The notes below the pieces were generated by a model. It did not search any database. It saw only the letters and a program-made list of their open reading frames with translations, and was not told where the DNA came from. 64,000 nucleotides of DNA from Candidatus Bathyarchaeota archaeon RBG_16_48_13 (lineage in GTDB: Archaea > Thermoproteota > Bathyarchaeia > RBG-16-48-13), in contig MEZH01000001.1 of assembly GCA_001775995.1 (NCBI GenBank), positions 32,001 through 96,000 on the forward strand, read 5' to 3'. Below, piece by piece: positions 9,343 to 18,882 of the stretch (the stretch's first letter is position 1; each line of letters begins with the position of its first letter). The translations under genes were made by a program, and so were the position numbers.

Positions 9343-10851
9343 TCACCTCAAGGGTTTCGCGCGAAGCCAATCCAGTTTTTTTGTAAAAAGCTCTCTAATG
9401 TCATCTATTCCGAGAGATGCCATGGCGATCCTATCTATGCCTATTCCCCACGCTAGGACTGGGCAATCTAGCCCCAACGGCTTGATAACTTCAGGTCGGA
9501 AAATTCCTCCTGGCAGGCATTCGATCCAGCCGAGCCTTGGGTGCTGCACAAACCCCTCCACGCTGGGTTCTGTGAAAGGAAAGTATCCCGGCTTGAACTT
9601 GACCTTGTCTATCCCAAAAGCCCTTGAGAACTCTTTGAGGAATCCCAGAAGGTGTCTGAAGTTCGCGTCTTTGCCCATCACTATTCCTTCGCATTGATAG
9701 AACTCCATTGAGTGAGTTGCATCCAAGAAGTCAGGTCGGAAATTGCGGGAAATGCAAAACATCTTCACTGGAGGCCTCTTGTGAGTTGAGAGATAATGTA
9801 TAGAGGTGGCAGTAGTCTGAGTTCTTAGGATGAGGCGGCGGGCGATCTCAGGGTTCCATTTATATCTCCAGCCTGTTGATCCGGTTATCCAGCCATTCTC
9901 ATGGGTCCACATGACTCTTCTCATGAGCCCTCTGTCTGAGATTCTCCCCTTTGTAGGGTTCTTGAGGGCATAGCTATCATGAACCTCACGCGCAGGGTGA
10001 TCTTGGGCTTGAAATAGCACATCGAAATTCCAGAACTCAGTCTCAATATATGAGCTCTCAGCTTCTGCAAATCCCATACTTATTAAGAAACGCCGCACAT
10101 CCTCGAGGAATTCCAGATAGACATGCTTCTTTCCTGGATATACGACCGGCGGCTCGGCCTTCACGTCATAGGGAACGAACTTTGCCTCCTTCCAGAGGTC
10201 ATATTTCAATACGTCGGCGGTCAGCGCGCTTATCTCTCGAATTCCCTTCAAATCTTTCTCAGATAGGGAGCGCCCCTTCTCTGTAAGATAAGCCTCTCGC
10301 AGAGTTCTCTCCACAACTTCCAAGAGGTTCCTCTTGCGAAGGACGTTCAATGCCTCTCTACACTCCGAGGTCAGGTCGTCTATTGGGAGCTCGTTTTTCT
10401 TCTCAAACAGAATTAGGAGCTGTTCATCTAGCCCTTGTTCCTGGTCTCTCTTGGCAGATATGAGAATTCCGCCATCTCTTCTCGTTAATGTGGCCCATCC
10501 TTTCTTCTTAAGCCAGCCAAGAGCCATGTTAATGACACTTTCATCTAGGCCAGTATGTTTGCCGACGTCATACGTAGTCAGTTCTCCACCCTTGTCCAAT
10601 ACAGCTTCAAGTATCTGTCTTTCGGGCAGACCTTTCGACAAGTATGAAGAGCCTTCCTCTAAAAGATATGCGAAGCTCTGGTTTCTTTCTCTCAGTTCGA
10701 CCAGTCTCTTTTCTGAAAGCGCGAATATTGCTTGCATTAGAGCAGGGCCTTTGAGCTCGCTTATTTGGGTCAACCTTTCTACGTCTGTATGATCATCGAC
10801 CTTTTTCAAGGCGAGAATCGCAAGACGCTCGTTTTCCCTTAGGTCAGTCAA
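9343..10851 (-). CDS. pheS: Phenylalanyl-tRNA synthetase alpha subunit
   Basis: QDHPAREVHD, LRTQTT, FRPDFLDATH, YFPFTEPS, GIGIDR. Confidence 0.95.
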   Translation of the reverse strand: MTDLRENERLAILALKKVDDHTDVERLTQISELKGPALMQAIFALSEKRLVELRERNQSFAYLLEEGSSYLSKGLPERQILEAVLDKGGELTTYDVGKHTGLDESVINMALGWLKKKGWATLTRRDGGILISAKRDQEQGLDEQLLILFEKKNELPIDDLTSECREALNVLRKRNLLEVVERTLREAYLTEKGRSLSEKDLKGIREISALTADVLKYDLWKEAKFVPYDVKAEPPVVYPGKKHVYLEFLEDVRRFLISMGFAEAESSYIETEFWNFDVLFQAQDHPAREVHDSYALKNPTKGRISDRGLMRRVMWTHENGWITGSTGWRYKWNPEIARRLILRTQTTATSIHYLSTHKRPPVKMFCISRNFRPDFLDATHSMEFYQCEGIVMGKDANFRHLLGFLKEFSRAFGIDKVKFKPGYFPFTEPSVEGFVQHPRLGWIECLPGGIFRPEVIKPLGLDCPVLAWGIGIDRIAMASLGIDDIRELFTKKLDWLRAKPLR

Positions 10852-10902
10852 TTGAGAGAATCACCATTAGAGTCATTTTCCCATGGATGAAATTTCAACT
10901 AT

Positions 10903-12054
10903 CTATTTTAGAGATAATATTAGTTGCTCCCTACTCCTAGCCAATAGCTCACGGGATTTGTCGATGAGCTTGGCTTTTCTTCTCTGATGCTCATTCAAGA
11001 AGTTCGTAACGAGCTCCGCCGCCTCCTTCTTGCAGTCGCCACATATTCTCTTGCCTTGCACGCATTCATTGTAGATCTTCTTGACCAATGCGTCGTCTTC
11101 AGCGAAGTGTATGACACACAGCTCATAATTAACACATTTCTCGGGTTCGCCGCCGTACTTCTTCTGGTTCTCAGTGGTCTCTCTGCCGCCTGTGAAGCAA
11201 CTCATTACTTTCTTTTTAGCCAACGTTGGGTTGTCGTCAAGAGTCAGGAGGCTAAGAGGATCCCTCTTAGACATCTTATACTCCCCTGAAAGCGAACGGG
11301 TCAGCTTATGGTATATGGCGCTGGGCAAGACAAATTTAAAATCCGGATAATATTTTTTTGCTAAGTCACGGGCAAGCCGGATATGAGGATCTTGATCCGC
11401 ACCAACCGGAACTAGCACTGGCTTAGGTCCTCCAAAACCTTCAGTCTGGGGCAGGAGAATGTCGCCTGCTTGAATCAAAGCAGACACATAAAGCCCGAAG
11501 GGTTTCTTGCCATAGATTGCTTCCATCATATTATTGGTGACGCCCCGTGAAAAGATGAATGCCATGTTCATGACTGTCAGTGCCTCTGACTGTTTGTAGA
11601 CGTAGGCTCTATCTGGATCAAGCCCCAGAGCAAGTATATCTGCGACGTTATTCGTGGCTATTTCGGATGTCTCGGCAAAAGTAAGCCCATTGTCGCAGTA
11701 GGCTTCCACATCGGCTATGGCATAGAAAGCGCGAGCATTTCGCGAGATCTTTTGGAAGTATATAATATCATCAGCGGTCATCTTGCTTCCCAAATGAAAG
11801 GGCCCCGTGGGTTTGATGCCTGACATTACTGCGTAGAGTTCATTGTTCTCTATGGCCTTAAGAATACGCTCGAGATTCCTGTGGCCGAAATCAATATTCC
11901 TCCTTATGTAACGATTCGATTCGAAAGCTCTGAATTTCGATTTATCCAGAGGTTCTATACCAAATAGGTCAAAAAGCTTTGAGTAATCCCTTATGTCAGT
12001 AGTGCCCCAAGGATCGAGCTTTATAGTGTCTTTCAATGCCTCTCTAACCTCCAT
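10903..12054 (-). CDS. trpS: Tryptophanyl-tRNA synthetase
   Basis: SGIKPTGPFHLG, PVGADQDPH, KMSK. Confidence 0.93.
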   Translation of the reverse strand: MEVREALKDTIKLDPWGTTDIRDYSKLFDLFGIEPLDKSKFRAFESNRYIRRNIDFGHRNLERILKAIENNELYAVMSGIKPTGPFHLGSKMTADDIIYFQKISRNARAFYAIADVEAYCDNGLTFAETSEIATNNVADILALGLDPDRAYVYKQSEALTVMNMAFIFSRGVTNNMMEAIYGKKPFGLYVSALIQAGDILLPQTEGFGGPKPVLVPVGADQDPHIRLARDLAKKYYPDFKFVLPSAIYHKLTRSLSGEYKMSKRDPLSLLTLDDNPTLAKKKVMSCFTGGRETTENQKKYGGEPEKCVNYELCVIHFAEDDALVKKIYNECVQGKRICGDCKKEAAELVTNFLNEHQRRKAKLIDKSRELLARSREQLILSLK

Positions 12055-12530
12055 TCTCTCATCAATGCACCGTTTCGGTCAATTATCTTTTTCAATATTC
12101 TGTCGGAGGAGATTGGTTTCCCATCTTCGGCCAATACCTGTCTTATGGCTATTATTTTCAGAGGTTTTAGTCCTTTCTTGCGCCTTTTCACATTAATCTC
12201 TTTTGCTCTAACTTTGGTTTCTTCGCTTACAACGATCACATCTATGTCTTTAAGGGTAATTGCTGGACCATATGGATCAGTGATCGGAAATATGGAAAAC
12301 CGTTTGACCGCTTGTTCCTTGAGATATGTTGCCAAATTCCTCTCCCTCTCCTCATAGGTTGAGATGAGATGTTCTTTGGATCTTCGACCCATTTCATCCG
12401 TCGTCAAACCAATGAGTAGGTATTCGGCTGTTTGAGCCGCTTTTTTCAGTAGTGCCTCATGGCCTTTGTGAAAATGATCGAAAGTGCCACCAAGTATGGC
12501 TATCTTGTAGACTCGTGAGTCAGAATGCAT
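12033..12530 (-). CDS. coaD: Phosphopantetheine adenylyltransferase (archaeal)
   Basis: GGTFDHFHKGH, DPYGPA, IVVSEET, KPISSDRI. Confidence 0.88.
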   Translation of the reverse strand: MHSDSRVYKIAILGGTFDHFHKGHEALLKKAAQTAEYLLIGLTTDEMGRRSKEHLISTYEERERNLATYLKEQAVKRFSIFPITDPYGPAITLKDIDVIVVSEETKVRAKEINVKRRKKGLKPLKIIAIRQVLAEDGKPISSDRILKKIIDRNGALMREWRLERH

Positions 12531-12554
12531 GAATAATCACTGATCATGAGTCTG

Positions 12555-13276
12555 TCATAATTCAAGAGTCTCTCCAGGTTCAAGTATATGTATTTCAACT
12601 TCCGTCGCCTCTCTTTCAGCCATTGAGGCGAAGACCTCAACTTCTTGATGTATCCGCGTAAAAGTGTTGTAGTGACTGGGTATGACGATTTTGGGCTTCA
12701 CTAGCTTTATCGCCTCAATTGCTTCTATTGGACCCATGGTGTAGTGACCACCAATGGTACGATGAAGACCCGAGGGTGATACAATCTACCTATAATACTC
12801 ATGTCACCAAAGAGCGCATTATTACCTGGATGATATACAGAAGACCTAGCAGATTTTATTACGAAGCCAACAGGATTCCCTAATCTAGATGAGTGAACAG
12901 CATAAGTCATGATGAAGTTTAGTCCGTCCGCTTCCATGACGCCACCAATATTCATTCCAACAGTGTTCTTGACGCCTTTCGATGAAGCGTACTTGCTCAG
13001 TTCAGAGATGCTTACAAATGTGGCGTTAGTTCTTTTCGCTATTTTTAGTGCATCATTCAATCCGTGATCTGCATGGTCATGAGTCACCAAGATGTAATCC
13101 ACATCGGACATGTCTGCACTCTTTAGTGGCGCCTTTGGATTTCCCGTGAGCCGTGGATCAATCAGAGTCTTCTTGTTGTTTAAGGTCATCTCAAAGGCAG
13201 CGTGTCCGAGCCAGATTGTTTTTTCCAACTTCCCGCCTTCCTGAAGATTAAACTCCCATGAAAAATCATGGATCAT
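12555..13276 (-). pseudogene. UPF0173-type metallo-beta-lactamase-fold hydrolase, frameshifted near 12753
   Basis: WLGHAAF, THDHADH. Restoring 1 nt gives P(I)GGHYTMGP. HPGNNA stands where HAGDT is expected. Confidence 0.8.
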
Positions 13277-13337
13277 TAATAACTATTTATCTAGGTCAAT
13301 TATATACGACCAATTGTACAGAGCAAGGTGGTTTTAA

Positions 13338-14237
13338 TTGCTTTCTGAGGATATCGTTAAAAAATACATGCAGGCCGGCCATATTGCCTCAGAGGTAAGA
13401 AACTCAGCAAAGCAGTTGGTAAAAGCTGGAGCCCAGATCATAGATATTTGTGAAGGGATCGAGAGACTCATAAGAGCAAAGGGAGGAAACTCTGCTTTCC
13501 CCTGCAACGTCTGCATCAACGATATAGCAGCTCACTACACATCGCCTCCCAAAGATAACCACGTCGTTCCGCCTGACTCCATAGTCAAGGTCGATTTGGG
13601 GGTGCATATCGATGGTTATATCGCGGATACGGCAACCACCATATGTTTGGATAGGAGGTACGAAGACCTTTTTGCGACAGCTCAAAGAGCTTTGCAGGCT
13701 GCCATAGTCGAGATTCAGCCTGGAACAAAGGTCTCCAAGATTGGGTCAGTGATCCAGAAGACCATAGAATCCAATGGTTTCAAGCCTATATCGAATCTCT
13801 CAGGCCACAAAATGGATCAGTATATTATTCATAGCGGAAAGTCGATACCTAACGTTGGTCAGATGAATGGTACCAAGACCGAAGAATGGGAGGTTTATGC
13901 AATAGAACCTTTCGTAACTATGAATGACGCAGCTGGTCAGGTCAAAAATGGAAGGGATTCTTACATCTACAGATTCTTGAGAGATCGAAAACCAAAAGGG
14001 ATAGAAGCAAAAATCCTGCTTCAGAAGATACGATCATCCCAAAGAACATTGCCATTCCCAGAGAGATGGCTTTATTCCGGAACATCCGACGGTCAGAGGA
14101 GGGCCTTTTTGGAGATTCTAGCCTCCAAGAGCATTATGGCCTATCCAGTTCTGATCGAGGCGAGTGGAAGTCTTGTGGCCCAAGCTGAGCACACAGTTCT
14201 CATAAAGAAAGATGAGAGCGTGGTCATAACACTCTAG
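13338..14237 (+). CDS. map: Methionine aminopeptidase type II
   Basis: AFPCNV, AAHYT, VDLGVHIDGYIADTA, GHKM, YAIEPF, QAEHTV. Confidence 0.95.
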   Translation: MLSEDIVKKYMQAGHIASEVRNSAKQLVKAGAQIIDICEGIERLIRAKGGNSAFPCNVCINDIAAHYTSPPKDNHVVPPDSIVKVDLGVHIDGYIADTATTICLDRRYEDLFATAQRALQAAIVEIQPGTKVSKIGSVIQKTIESNGFKPISNLSGHKMDQYIIHSGKSIPNVGQMNGTKTEEWEVYAIEPFVTMNDAAGQVKNGRDSYIYRFLRDRKPKGIEAKILLQKIRSSQRTLPFPERWLYSGTSDGQRRAFLEILASKSIMAYPVLIEASGSLVAQAEHTVLIKKDESVVITL

Positions 14238-14671
14238 GCCTGTGATTTGGCCTTTTCGTCTTCCTGTTGATATATTGCAGTAATCATCAAGCTGTCTGCA
14301 GAGCATCGTGGACACAATTCAACGACCTTGAAGACGTGATCACCCTTCAAGAACTTGCGTAAGTTCTTAAATCCGCACTTGGCACATTCCAAGACTGAAA
14401 CGACTTCAGATTTCTGAACCATGGCGGTTATGGCCTCAGTTCTTCGCCTCATCTGAAATAGCATATATCCTGAGGTGGCTAAACCCATGGCTGCAATCAA
14501 TGTACTAGTCATAAACTCGTCCATTAGACCCTCTTGATAGAATATTATTGCCCTGAAGAGGAACCACATTGAGACCACGAAAATCAGTAGAATTATCAAA
14601 TAGAATGTGGAGAAGGTGTTGATGCCTTTCTTCTTTTGTGGTTGTTGTTCGGTCATGTTCAGCCTCCTCAT
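14234..14671 (-). CDS. Membrane protein with C-terminal zinc ribbon
   Basis: Two TM helices, then CAKC...CPRC. Confidence 0.75.
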   Translation of the reverse strand: MRRLNMTEQQPQKKKGINTFSTFYLIILLIFVVSMWFLFRAIIFYQEGLMDEFMTSTLIAAMGLATSGYMLFQMRRRTEAITAMVQKSEVVSVLECAKCGFKNLRKFLKGDHVFKVVELCPRCSADSLMITAIYQQEDEKAKSQA

Positions 14672-15810
14672 TGTGCCACACCGAGTGTGTTGCCAATCCC
14701 CGCAACAATAATAGTATCACCCTCTTTAGTCTTCTCGGCAATCAGTCTTCTCACGCGTTTGATGGAATCATCAACGCCGTCTATTAGACTCTTCTTCATA
14801 GCAGATATGGATTCTACCATGGATTCTTTTATGACAACAGCATTCACAGGGATTTTATACTTCGTTAGAACCTCTTCTATCTTGAATTTATCTACTCCTG
14901 GTCCGCCTATAGCTGCACCAATGCCTTCAAAGGCTTCTCCGGACTTTTCACCTTCGAGTTTCAATCCTGCATCTATCATTATGAGCATTGCTATTTTTCC
15001 GTTCCGCTCTTCTATCAGGTTGACTATACCGTCTCCAGGCTTGCCAACTGTCCCCCCCGGTCCTTCGGCCTTCAATACAAGGAGAGCCCTGCCGTCCATA
15101 GGCACCTCAGCCATGACCGTGTCTTTTGCAACTTTTCTGGTAGGCATACCATGCATTAGTTTTCCAGCTACCATGGCTCCCGCAGCGTCACCTATGGGTT
15201 GTCCCGCTGCGATGGCTTCTGCGGCTTTGGAATAGCTCTCAGCCATCTCCATGATTAGGGGCATTGACATTTGGAGTTGCATGATTGAATAAATACTCTT
15301 TGTCCTCTTACCTTGCACATAATAGTGTCTTACTACCCTGTAGAACGTGTTTAGGGCCGCAGCAACTTCTACAGAGAGACTATAATTGTTGATCTGGATA
15401 TCGTTAGCAGAAGGTGTAATCAGCCGAATATCCTCTTTGAACCTTTCTTCCTCCAAAGTTATCAAGTGGTCAAGTTTTCCGACTATACCCGCTGGGTCGA
15501 GTGAGACAGGTTCTATTAGGAAGAATTCCATCATGCGATCAAGTCTAGCCATCATGTCGTCGCTGGTCTTACCGGTGTCCTTCAAGGTATCTATGGTGAT
15601 CTGTTTTGTCTTGTCTCTCATGATTTTCAGCTTATTGAGAGATTTCTCAATATCCCAGAGCCATGTTCGAACCTGAAGCTTGTTACCGTATAGAAGGAAT
15701 ATTATGAAAAATAGTGGGTAGGCGACCTGGAAGAGGAGATTAATAAGCTGGGAGACCTGGTCTGTGGGGGCAATTTGACTGATGAATGACATTCTTTCTA
15801 CATTCTCCAT
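14668..15810 (-). CDS. DUF1512-family protein
   Basis: PIGDAAG, KAEGPGG, MIDAGLKLEGE, GIGNTLGVAQ. Confidence 0.8.
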   Translation of the reverse strand: MENVERMSFISQIAPTDQVSQLINLLFQVAYPLFFIIFLLYGNKLQVRTWLWDIEKSLNKLKIMRDKTKQITIDTLKDTGKTSDDMMARLDRMMEFFLIEPVSLDPAGIVGKLDHLITLEEERFKEDIRLITPSANDIQINNYSLSVEVAAALNTFYRVVRHYYVQGKRTKSIYSIMQLQMSMPLIMEMAESYSKAAEAIAAGQPIGDAAGAMVAGKLMHGMPTRKVAKDTVMAEVPMDGRALLVLKAEGPGGTVGKPGDGIVNLIEERNGKIAMLIMIDAGLKLEGEKSGEAFEGIGAAIGGPGVDKFKIEEVLTKYKIPVNAVVIKESMVESISAMKKSLIDGVDDSIKRVRRLIAEKTKEGDTIIVAGIGNTLGVAQ

Positions 15811-15903
15811 TGACGGACAGAAAAGAGAAGTAACCGTTTGATTTTATGATTTTCCATTCATAGGGTAGGGCTCAGAAAGATAAGTCTTTTGGATTATGTT
15901 GAA

Positions 15904-16029
15904 GTCGCTCGCCAGAATCCCGGGCCCTCGTAGGCTCTCGCACCACAGGGAAACGGGACGTGGTCCTGCTTAGCTTCCGAGTTCGGAATGGGATCGGGCG
16001 TTTCCAAGACCCTATGACCGGCGAACGAC
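15904..16029 (-). rRNA. rrf: 5S rRNA (stand-alone)
   Basis: CCCGATCCCATTCCGAACTCGGAAGCTAAG core; terminal helix GTCGTTCGCCGG/CTGGCGAGCGAC. Confidence 0.95.
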
Positions 16030-16182
16030 AAGAAAGAAACAATACGCTCCTACTTAAATATTTCAGTGTTAACATCTGGATACACCATGGAAGAGTGTTC
16101 TTGGACAGGTTTATTGATTCAAGTTCAGCGTGAGGAGGGAAAAAATGTCTATAAAGAAGAAAAAAAATGCCGGCGTCGGCTA

Positions 16183-16479
16183 TCACTTCTTCTTGGACTC
16201 TTTTTCAATTCTTTCGTATATAGGATAGACTTTTTCACTGGTAATGAGCGGATATGTTTCTCGTTCGGTATAGTTGAATAGTGGATCTCCGTTTATGGCT
16301 TCGAAAAGATCAATGTCGCTCTTGACGTCAAATATGATCACTCTTGCTCGTTTCCCTAGATATGCGGCAGTGAACTTTATTGTGCCCTGTTTCTCAAGTT
16401 TCTTTATATATTCTGCGTGTTCATTCGCCGCTTTGGCAAATTGCTGCAATGGGATCGGTAATGGCGCATAAGCTCTCAT
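16183..16479 (-). CDS. Muconolactone-isomerase-like / DUF3303-like small protein
   Basis: 98 aa; IIFDVKSDIDL...DPLF...YPL pattern. Confidence 0.55.
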   Translation of the reverse strand: MRAYAPLPIPLQQFAKAANEHAEYIKKLEKQGTIKFTAAYLGKRARVIIFDVKSDIDLFEAINGDPLFNYTERETYPLITSEKVYPIYERIEKESKKK

Positions 16480-16575
16480 TAGGTGTAAGAAGAGAATTTT
16501 TTATCACCTCCAGCAATCTGCAATTGATGCAAATATGGACTCTACACATATATAAAAACCCTGAAGCAGCGGGAA

Positions 16576-16735
16576 TGGTGGGGCCGGTGCGATTTGAACA
16601 CACGATCTACGGGTTTCCCCGAACGCTCCAGAGTTTCTTCATCCCTGGAGTACAGGTCAATCCATTTTATGTACTCTGGAGCCCTTAACGTCAGGTTATG
16701 CCTGATGTCGTCATCCCTAGCTAGACTACGGCCCC
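16576..16735 (-). tRNA. tRNA-Trp(CCA), introns at 28/29 (16685-16706) and 37/38 (16615-16675), CCA encoded
   Basis: BHB helices GACG/CGTT and CTCC/GGGG; removing both introns gives a 77-nt cloverleaf with ACGGG/CCCGT stem. Confidence 0.9.
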
Positions 16736-16855
16736 CCGCCATCATCTCCGTAGTCATACAACTGTGAAATATATAACTTTACCACTTGATCTTGAAGAAA
16801 ATGAGAATCATGAAAGACATAAATATGATTATGGATTGGTTCTTTGTTTGGGAGG

Positions 16856-16965
16856 GGGGCTGTCTGCTAGTCTGGTCTAGACATTATGGGATTAGCTTCG
16901 TGGCTTGGGTGCATATAGGCAAAGAAACCACGAGATCGCCGGTTCAAATCCGGCCGGCCCCACCA
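16856..16965 (+). tRNA. tRNA-Pro(TGG), introns at 22/23 (16881-16894) and 37/38 (16910-16926), CCA encoded
   Basis: BHB GTCT/GGAT; the spliced D-arm matches tRNA-Pro(CGG). Confidence 0.9.
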
Positions 16966-16976
16966 CATCAGTATAG

Positions 16977-17065
16977 AGCCTCGGGTGGGATTTGAACCCA
17001 CGATCAATGGCTTTCCTTAAGATATCGTACAAGGCCATCGCTCTGCTGGGCTAAGCTACCGAGGC
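16977..17065 (-). tRNA. tRNA-Thr(TGT), 15-nt intron at 37/38 (17013-17027)
   Basis: GCCTCGG/CCGAGGC, ATGGC/GCCAT, T73. Confidence 0.9.
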
Positions 17066-17185
17066 ACATGAGAGAACAGATTCAGCAAACCTTTTAAATT
17101 GTTCGCATCCATCACACAACTTACTCTGGACCAGAAAGCGTAGAAACGTTTTCTGGCAAATAGTGTGTGCCGAGGGGCCTTATAG

Positions 17186-17319
17186 GCCGGGGTTGGTCTC
17201 CGACTACCGAAAGCTCAGCCTGGTTAGATGAGTGACCTCAAACCAAAGCGCCAGACCTCTCTATGAGAGGAGCGTTACTCATAATCTGGAGATCGTGGGT
17301 TCGAAACCCACCCTCGGCT
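17186..17319 (+). tRNA. Elongator tRNA-Met(CAT), introns at 8/9 (17194-17211), 22/23 (17228-17246) and 30/31 (17255-17276)
   Basis: Three BHB/relaxed-BHB motifs (CGGG/ACCG, GGTT/AACC, CGCC/AGCG); the spliced product is a 75-nt cloverleaf with CCAGA/TCTGG stem. Confidence 0.85.
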
Positions 17320-17324
17320 TTACT

Positions 17325-18029
17325 TCAAATGATGCTCTTCCTAAGAACATGTACAGTGGTTTTGTTACCAACGTAGACCTCTGTGGCCATATCTAGGAAA
17401 AGCCCTGTTTCAACAATTCCGGGGATCGTCTTGAGTTTGTTTTCGAGGTTTCCCGGTTCTTTTATGACGCCAAAATCCACGTCAATTATGAAATTGTTAT
17501 TATCAGTAATGACGGGCCCAACTTTGCCCAAGGACTGCCTTAAGATAGGTTTTCCGCCCAGTTGTTGGATTCTTTTCGACGATGTCTGTAGGGCGATAGG
17601 GAATATCTCAAGGGGAACTGGATGATCTAGAATCGCGGCAATTTTGGTTTCATCTACGACTATCAAGAGGTCTTTAGCGGCACTGTCAATAATCTTCTCG
17701 CGGGTTAGCGCCGCGCCTCCGCCCTTTATAAGGTTCAGATCTCTAGAGACCTGGTCAGCACCATCAATCGCGATGTCTATCTCAGGGTTTTCGTTGAGGG
17801 TAGTCAGTCTTATTCCAGATTCAATGGCCAAAAACATCGATTGATAGGAAGTGGGAATCCCTAAAACATTCAGACCTTCCGTCGCGATTCTTTTTCCGAG
17901 TTCTCTTATGGCATAAGCTGCTGTGCTTCCACTCCCCAAACCAACGATTTGGCCATCTCTAATTCTCTTAAGAGCTTGTTCAACGGCCGCTCTCTTTGCA
18001 TCCTCTCTCCAGTCCTTCTCAAAGGACAT
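17325..18029 (-). CDS. rpiA: Ribose-5-phosphate isomerase A
   Basis: GLGSGST, DGADQV, KGGGAALTREK, GPVITDN. Confidence 0.95.
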   Translation of the reverse strand: MSFEKDWREDAKRAAVEQALKRIRDGQIVGLGSGSTAAYAIRELGKRIATEGLNVLGIPTSYQSMFLAIESGIRLTTLNENPEIDIAIDGADQVSRDLNLIKGGGAALTREKIIDSAAKDLLIVVDETKIAAILDHPVPLEIFPIALQTSSKRIQQLGGKPILRQSLGKVGPVITDNNNFIIDVDFGVIKEPGNLENKLKTIPGIVETGLFLDMATEVYVGNKTTVHVLRKSII

Positions 18030-18031
18030 TC

Positions 18032-18652
18032 TTAGATTCCAGCCTCGGTCTTGTCGAGTTTTTCGATGAGCTTCAGTACCTCTTCCCTGATATTCTCGAT
18101 CTTCTGTTCTGTTGGACTCTTAGGAGTTGGTGGCTTAGGCTTTGTCTCCTTTGGCCTAGTCTTTTCCGACGGAGTCTTGGCAGCCTCATCCTTGGGTTTC
18201 TCTTCAGCCACTTCGCTACGCTTTTGCCCCAAGAGGCCACGGACATCGTCGATCTTACGATTCAATTCATCTATCTTTTCGTAGAACATCCCGATTAGTT
18301 CAGATTGAGTCTCTTCCAGTTTGTATAAGTCTATGACGGACTGACTATAATCTAGTTTCTCTTCTATCTGACTAAGTTCTTCTTTATACTTCTTGGTGAG
18401 GTGGTCCCGTTCACCCTCGCTTATCTTTCCTTCAGCCTCTGCCTCATAGAGTCGCGTCAAGGCGTAGCTAGTGATCTCCTTCAAGAGGCTGGAGATCTTC
18501 AACTCCTCTTTCGCTTGAGTTGCCTCTTCATCTTTGATCGTCTTACTGGAGGTGAATGGCAATTTCATTCTTGGTTCTTCTGTAATGGGAAGAGTCGTCG
18601 ACTTTTCAGGCTCTTTCTTTTCTTTTCCGAAATATTTCATTATACGGCTCAA
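18032..18652 (-). CDS. Charged coiled-coil hypothetical protein
   Basis: 206-aa ORF, E/K-rich heptads, Pro/Lys linker. Confidence 0.7.
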   Translation of the reverse strand: MSRIMKYFGKEKKEPEKSTTLPITEEPRMKLPFTSSKTIKDEEATQAKEELKISSLLKEITSYALTRLYEAEAEGKISEGERDHLTKKYKEELSQIEEKLDYSQSVIDLYKLEETQSELIGMFYEKIDELNRKIDDVRGLLGQKRSEVAEEKPKDEAAKTPSEKTRPKETKPKPPTPKSPTEQKIENIREEVLKLIEKLDKTEAGI

Positions 18653-18882
18653 AGAATCTGAAACCTCGGCTACAGTTAGGAGTATCCTATCCCGGATTAT
18701 GTAATTTCTGGAGTAGTTCTTATAAGCGTAATTTCTTCAAATAAAACATTTCTTGTCAATGGATTCGTTGGGAGAAAATTGGAAAAACATGGGCAATCCA
18801 GTAGGATTGCCGATTTTCGGGGAGGGAAAACATAAAAGCTAATCTATAACCTTCTTGAATGTCAAATGTGCCCCGGCATCGA

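Noticed and set aside
17169-17193. A fourth intron inside the acceptor stem of Met or Thr
   Set aside because: No register gave a convincing BHB, and the 8-nt offset in Lys cannot be an intron. Kept only as a testable alternative.
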